Below, in pieces: positions 59,506 through 64,000 of a stretch of DNA of 64,000 nucleotides (positions are counted from its first letter, which is position 1; each line of letters opens with the position of its first letter). The translations under genes and the position numbers were made by a program. The stretch is from Lingula anatina. Lineage: Eukaryota; Animalia; Brachiopoda. The stretch lies in assembly GCA_051362555.1 (NCBI GenBank), contig CM120641.1:18910001-18974000 (forward strand). The letters run 5' to 3'. Below the pieces are notes generated by a model. The model was not told where the DNA came from and ran no database searches. It worked only from the letters and a program-made list of their open reading frames with translations.

Positions 59506-61746
59506 CTAGAGGGTCAGAGAGGCGATACCGCCTCCCGATATAGTACCACCAGCTGGAGCAAGCGCATTCATATGGACCCCGCCCCCCCCAAAAAAAGAGA
59601 CACCACCACCAGTCTTGTGCTTGATAAGCTCTATAAAATGCAATCAACAAGAATTCTTAAAATATGCAAAAAAATATATATATATAACCAAAAATGGTAC
59701 AATCAAAATTCAGTTCATCATAAAAGGTTGGTCAAAGGTCAATTTTAAGGTCACAGTAAATTGCCAGTATATGACTTCCTATTCAAGTTCAATAGTAACT
59801 ATGGACCTTTCTCTGCCAGTTTTGGAGATAAAAGGAAACCAAATGTTGCAAAGTTCAATTCATGATGAAAAGTAGGTCAAAAGTCAATTTCAAGGTCACA
59901 CTTACATTGCCAGTATATGACTTCCTATTCAAGTTCAATAGTAACTATGGACCTATCTCTGCCAGTTTTGGAGATAAAAGGGAACAAAAATTTGCAAAGT
60001 TCAGTTCATGGTGAAAAGTAGGTCAAAGGTGATTTCAAGGTCACATTCAGATTGCCAGTAAATGACTTCCTATTCAACTTAAATAATAACTATTGACCTA
60101 TCTCTGCCAGTTTTGGAGATATAAGGGACTAAATGTTACCATTCTGAGTTACAATAATGTGCCACCACAATGTACTTTTTAATACAGCATAACACGAAAA
60201 CCATATGAAATACAAAAAAACAGAGACCACCTCAAATGTTGGGCTTTACATGCTCTACAAAAAGCAAAAAAGCGGGTCTCTAGCATTTACAGTTCCCGAA
60301 TTTGAGACAGTTTTCAGTTTCGGTATCTTAGGGCTGCTTCTCCTGTGAAAATGCACTGATTGACCCCAAATTCACGGAGATGAAAGATGACCCAAAGGGT
60401 AACACTTTCCAATAATATTATTGGTTAAGTCTGTGTAGTGTCTGAAAAACAGCAAAAATATTTTTATTTTCGTAAAAAAAACCCCTTTTTTGAAAATTTT
60501 GGCCTGTTTGACCTTGAAATAAAGGTCAAAGGTCAAATGCAAGGGCATATTTGAAATCTACACATATGACTTTCACAAAGCCGTATGTGGAAAATTTTCC
60601 CATAATTCCTTCCGTAGGGTAGATAATTGGCATTGAATTTTCAAAAATTTTGACAAGGGTGCATTTCAACAAGCGTCACGCCCAGGTCAATGCACCGACT
60701 GAGACAATAAAAACCTGGGGGTTCAAGTTGAAGTTATATACCTAAATCCAAGAGGTGGGGACATGGGTCCCTGCTGTCTAGGAGGAGAAGTGGTAACGGT
60801 GACTTGTATCCGACGCCAGTACGCGGAGCCTGCGGAGCCAACGGAGCTGGACAAGATAGGTCGGGACTAAAACCATGAGTACTGCCAGCGTACACGCTGG
60901 TGGTACTAATAACTATTGACCTATCTCTGCCAGTTTTGGAGATATAAGGGACTAAATGTTACAATTCTGAGTTACAATAATGTGCCAATACAATGTACTT
61001 TTTAATACAGCATAACACGAAAACTGTATGAAATACAAAAAAAACGGAGACCACTCTCAATGTAGGGCTTTACACGCTCTACAAATGCAAAAAAGAATGG
61101 GTCTCTAGCATTAAAAATTCCCAAATTAGAGACAGTTTTCAGTTTCGGTATCTTGTGGCCCCTACTCCTGTGAAAATGCACTGATTGACCCCAAATTCAC
61201 GGAGATGAAAGATGACCCAAAGGGTAACACTTTTCAATAATATTATTGGTTAAGTCTGTGTAGTGTCTGAATAACAGCGCAAAAAACTTATTTTTCGTAA
61301 AAAAATGTTGGTTTTTTGAAAATTTTGGCCCGTTTGACCTTGAAATAAAGGTCAAAGGTCAAATCCAAGGGCATATTTGAAATCTAAACATATGACTTTT
61401 GGAAAGCCATCTGTAGAAAATTTTCCCATAATTCCTTCCGTAGAGTAGATAATTGGCATTGAATTTTCAAAAATTTTGAAAGGGTGCATTTCAACGAGCG
61501 TCATGCCCAGGTCAATGCACCGACTGAGACAAAAAAACCTGGGGGTTCAAGTTGAGGTTATATGTGACTTAAATCCAAGAGATGGGGACAGGGGTCCTTG
61601 TGGTCTAGGAGGAGAAGCAGTAATGGTGACTTGTATCCGGCGCCAGTACAAGGAGCCGGTGGAGCTCATGGAGCCGGCGGAGCCAACGGAGCCGGACGAG
61701 ACGAGTCGGGACTAAAACCATGAGTACCGTCAGCTGGTGGTACTAA
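59506..61746 (-). mobile_element. Non-autonomous Helentron-associated element (HINE/DINE-1-like) with internal tandem repeats and a partial head-to-tail duplication
   Basis: Sub-TIRs TAGTACCACCAGCTG (59541-59555) and CAGCTGGTGGTACTA (61731-61745); 3' hairpin GAGGCG-ATAC-CGCCTC (59519-59534); CTAG terminus (59506-59509); no TSD relative to the empty site at 63001-63014; ~146-bp core repeats at 59720-60120; ~825-bp duplication (60083-60908 and 60909-61746). Confidence 0.88.
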
Positions 61747-61924
61747 TAAATGGCAAGGCTTTTGAAGTGGGGTAAAAATTATTTATTGGACGGATCTGTT
61801 TGTCAGTGGTCCCTCTATTCTGTTGCTTCAATAACCAACCCACATATTGCCAACAATTAAGTGTCTACCTATCCAAAAGTATTGCCTCAGTATGTACTTG
61901 CCTGCTAGTAGCTATCAATATTAA

Positions 61925-62300
61925 AGGTACATACGAACCGAGCATCGGCGGAGCGTGGATTCCCAGTAACACATGTAAACCACTTCTGCTAGATTCTTAT
62001 ATGACTCAAATAAATTTGACATGCCAAGGGATAAACTGAATAGATCACTCCATCAGCCATAAAATACCTTTAGACTGCTCCTTTCTTTAAATTAAGGGTT
62101 GTAAATTTAACCTACTTCCATGACCGACTTTCCTGCCCCATTGACATACAGCTTAGAATGCCAGCAGAAAATCTGTTCAAACATCATTTTCGGGTAAAAT
62201 TAAACAATGCCTTTTGGTAATTCTCTTAGTTATACTACTTGAAACTATATGCTGGCACTTGGTTGTTTTTTGTGACAAAAAATTGACTTTGTATGTATCT
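61925..62300 (+). mobile_element. Kolobok-like non-autonomous element, TTAA target
   Basis: TTAA-AGGTACATAC ... GTATGTATCT-ATAA; empty site caatattaagtgcac at ~58801-58815. Confidence 0.8.
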
Positions 62301-63549
62301 ATAAGTGCACACTGCTGGTACTTAGATGATCTTGAGACTTAAATGACAAGTATCAAAAACAATACTTACATTCTATTGCCACACTAATTATACTGACAAG
62401 GTGCAATTGACTAAGTGGGTAACTAACTGACTGAGTAACTTCAACTGGGAACTGGAAAAAATAGAATATGATATAAACTCAACTAACTATTATTTAATCT
62501 AGCATTGATGTTTTTAATATCACAAACATATTCCTTTACTTTTGATAAGCTCTGCATTGTTGAGAAGAAACTATGGTTACTCAAAAAATATATAGCATAT
62601 AATAATAATAATAATAATAAAAATAATAATAAAAATAATAATATTTATTTACAGTCTAAAATCCATATATTAAATGTTTAGTAGATTTTACAGAGGTAAA
62701 ATGAACAGAATATGATCAAAAGAGTCAAAAATAAAAAATAAACAGTTGAGATATAAACAATATTCAAATATATGGTGCAATGTAAATTAATATATTCTGT
62801 AGGTCCCATTCAAAACAAGATGATCTGCCAAATAGCAGATCTGCCAACTAAATAGGGCTGACCCCACTATAAAAGTGATAGCGCTGAATCCCAAAGGTCT
62901 CACATCCTCCACGTGTGCTCTTAAAAGGATTTAACCATGTGTCCAGGTTTAATTAAAAGGCCCCTGCAGTTGTGGCGTATGTGGGGGCAAGAAGACTGTT
63001 AAAGAATAAATGGCATGGCTTTTAAAGTGGGGTAAAAATTATTTAGTGGATGGATCTGCTTGTCAGCAATCCCTCTATTCTGTTGCTTCAATATCCAACC
63101 CACATATTGCCAACAATTAGGTATCTACCTATCCAAAAGTATTGCCTTAGCATGTTCTTGTCTGCTAGTAGCTATCTATATAAAGTGCACACTGCTGGTA
63201 CATAGATGATCTTGAGACTAAATGGCAAGTATCTAAAACAATACTTACATTCTATTGCCACACTAATTATCCTGATAAGGTGCAATTGACTGAGTGGGTA
63301 ACTGACTGACTGAGTAACTTCAACTGGGAACTGGAAGAAATAGAATATGATATAAACTCAATTGACTATTATTTAAATCTAGCATTGATGCTCTTTATAT
63401 CATAAACATATTCCTTTACTTTTGATCAACTCCACATTGTTGAGAAGAAACTATGGTTACTCAAAAAAAATATAATAATAATAATAATAATATTTTTTTA
63501 CAGTCTAAAATCCATATATAATATGTTCAGTAGATTTTACAGAGGTTAA

Positions 63550-63887
63550 AGGGATAATAACTCTTCGTTTCGGCCAAAAAATGAATTTTCCTGGAGTAAA
63601 CAACAATTTTCCCATACTTACCAATGGTTAATGAATCCATTTTTACATTCAAAATTAGTCCCTGGTTTTTTTCTAAAAAGTTTGGTTTTTTGTTAAAATC
63701 TCTTAAGAGATTTTAACAGAGTATAGCCATCAATAGAGGTCACGTGGTCTAAAGACAAGCTCAGATATCAGAAAAAATAGCTATAACTGCAGTTTTTGTG
63801 GTTAAACAAAATATATTATATTTCTATGAGTTATTTACAATGTTTTTATTGTGAAATATAGATATCATACGAAGAGTTATTATCCCT
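63550..63887. mobile_element. Kolobok-like MITE (second family), TTAA TSD
   Basis: Perfect 19-bp TIR AGGGATAATAACTCTTCGT / ACGAAGAGTTATTATCCCT with TTAA on both sides; empty sites agaggtaaaatgaacaga at ~59191 and ~62692. Confidence 0.9.
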
Positions 63888-64000
63888 TTAAATGAACAGA
63901 ATATGATTAATAGAGTCAATAATAAAAAATAGCTGGTAAAGATATAAAGATATTGATATTGTTTCAATAACCAACCCACATACTGCCTGCAATTTAGTAG

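Larger units (their letters stand above)
58714..64000. repeat. ~875-bp tandem unit, three copies plus the start of a fourth, interrupted by transposons
   Basis: The anchor aata(a/t)c(a/c)aacccacata recurs at ~58714, 61829, 63089 and 63965; copies share gtgcacactgctggtac.., an (ATA)n tract and ttacagtctaaaatccatatat. Confidence 0.9.

Overview
AT-rich, intron-rich animal genomic DNA. An invertebrate, probably a lophotrochozoan such as a mollusc, is inferred from repeat style only; there are no prokaryotic features, CRISPR arrays or RNA genes. Host genes assembled by hand from splice sites and phases: a ~16-coding-exon CCDC9-like gene (minus, ~4.7-15.9 kb); two tandem paralogous small genes of unknown function with a shared 'GAK-xx-(T)DPEG' helical N-terminus and Gly/Pro/Tyr/Gln-rich repeat tails (minus, 21.8-23.6 and 30.1-32.7 kb); an intronless class A GPCR with DRY changed to DQF (plus, 27.1-28.2 kb); a possible small 3-exon gene (minus, 33.3-35.3 kb); and PHF10/BAF45A (plus, 36.8-43.3 kb). 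The dominant accessory feature is an uninterrupted 2769-aa Helentron (Helitron2-type) ORF (minus, 47.8-56.1 kb). It carries a near-identical 34-aa repeat array, a Cys/His-rich region, an unassigned ~200-aa basic insert, an OTU protease, HUH Rep, a PIF1 helicase and an apurinic-like endonuclease. Nearby lie a structurally complete non-autonomous Helentron-type element (HINE), a deleted mariner, and a ~875-bp tandem unit whose copies each hold a different transposon, giving filled and empty sites within the window. Many MITEs with TTAA, 3-bp, 5-bp and 6-bp target duplications are scattered through introns. Exon boundaries were read by eye and need RNA-seq confirmation.
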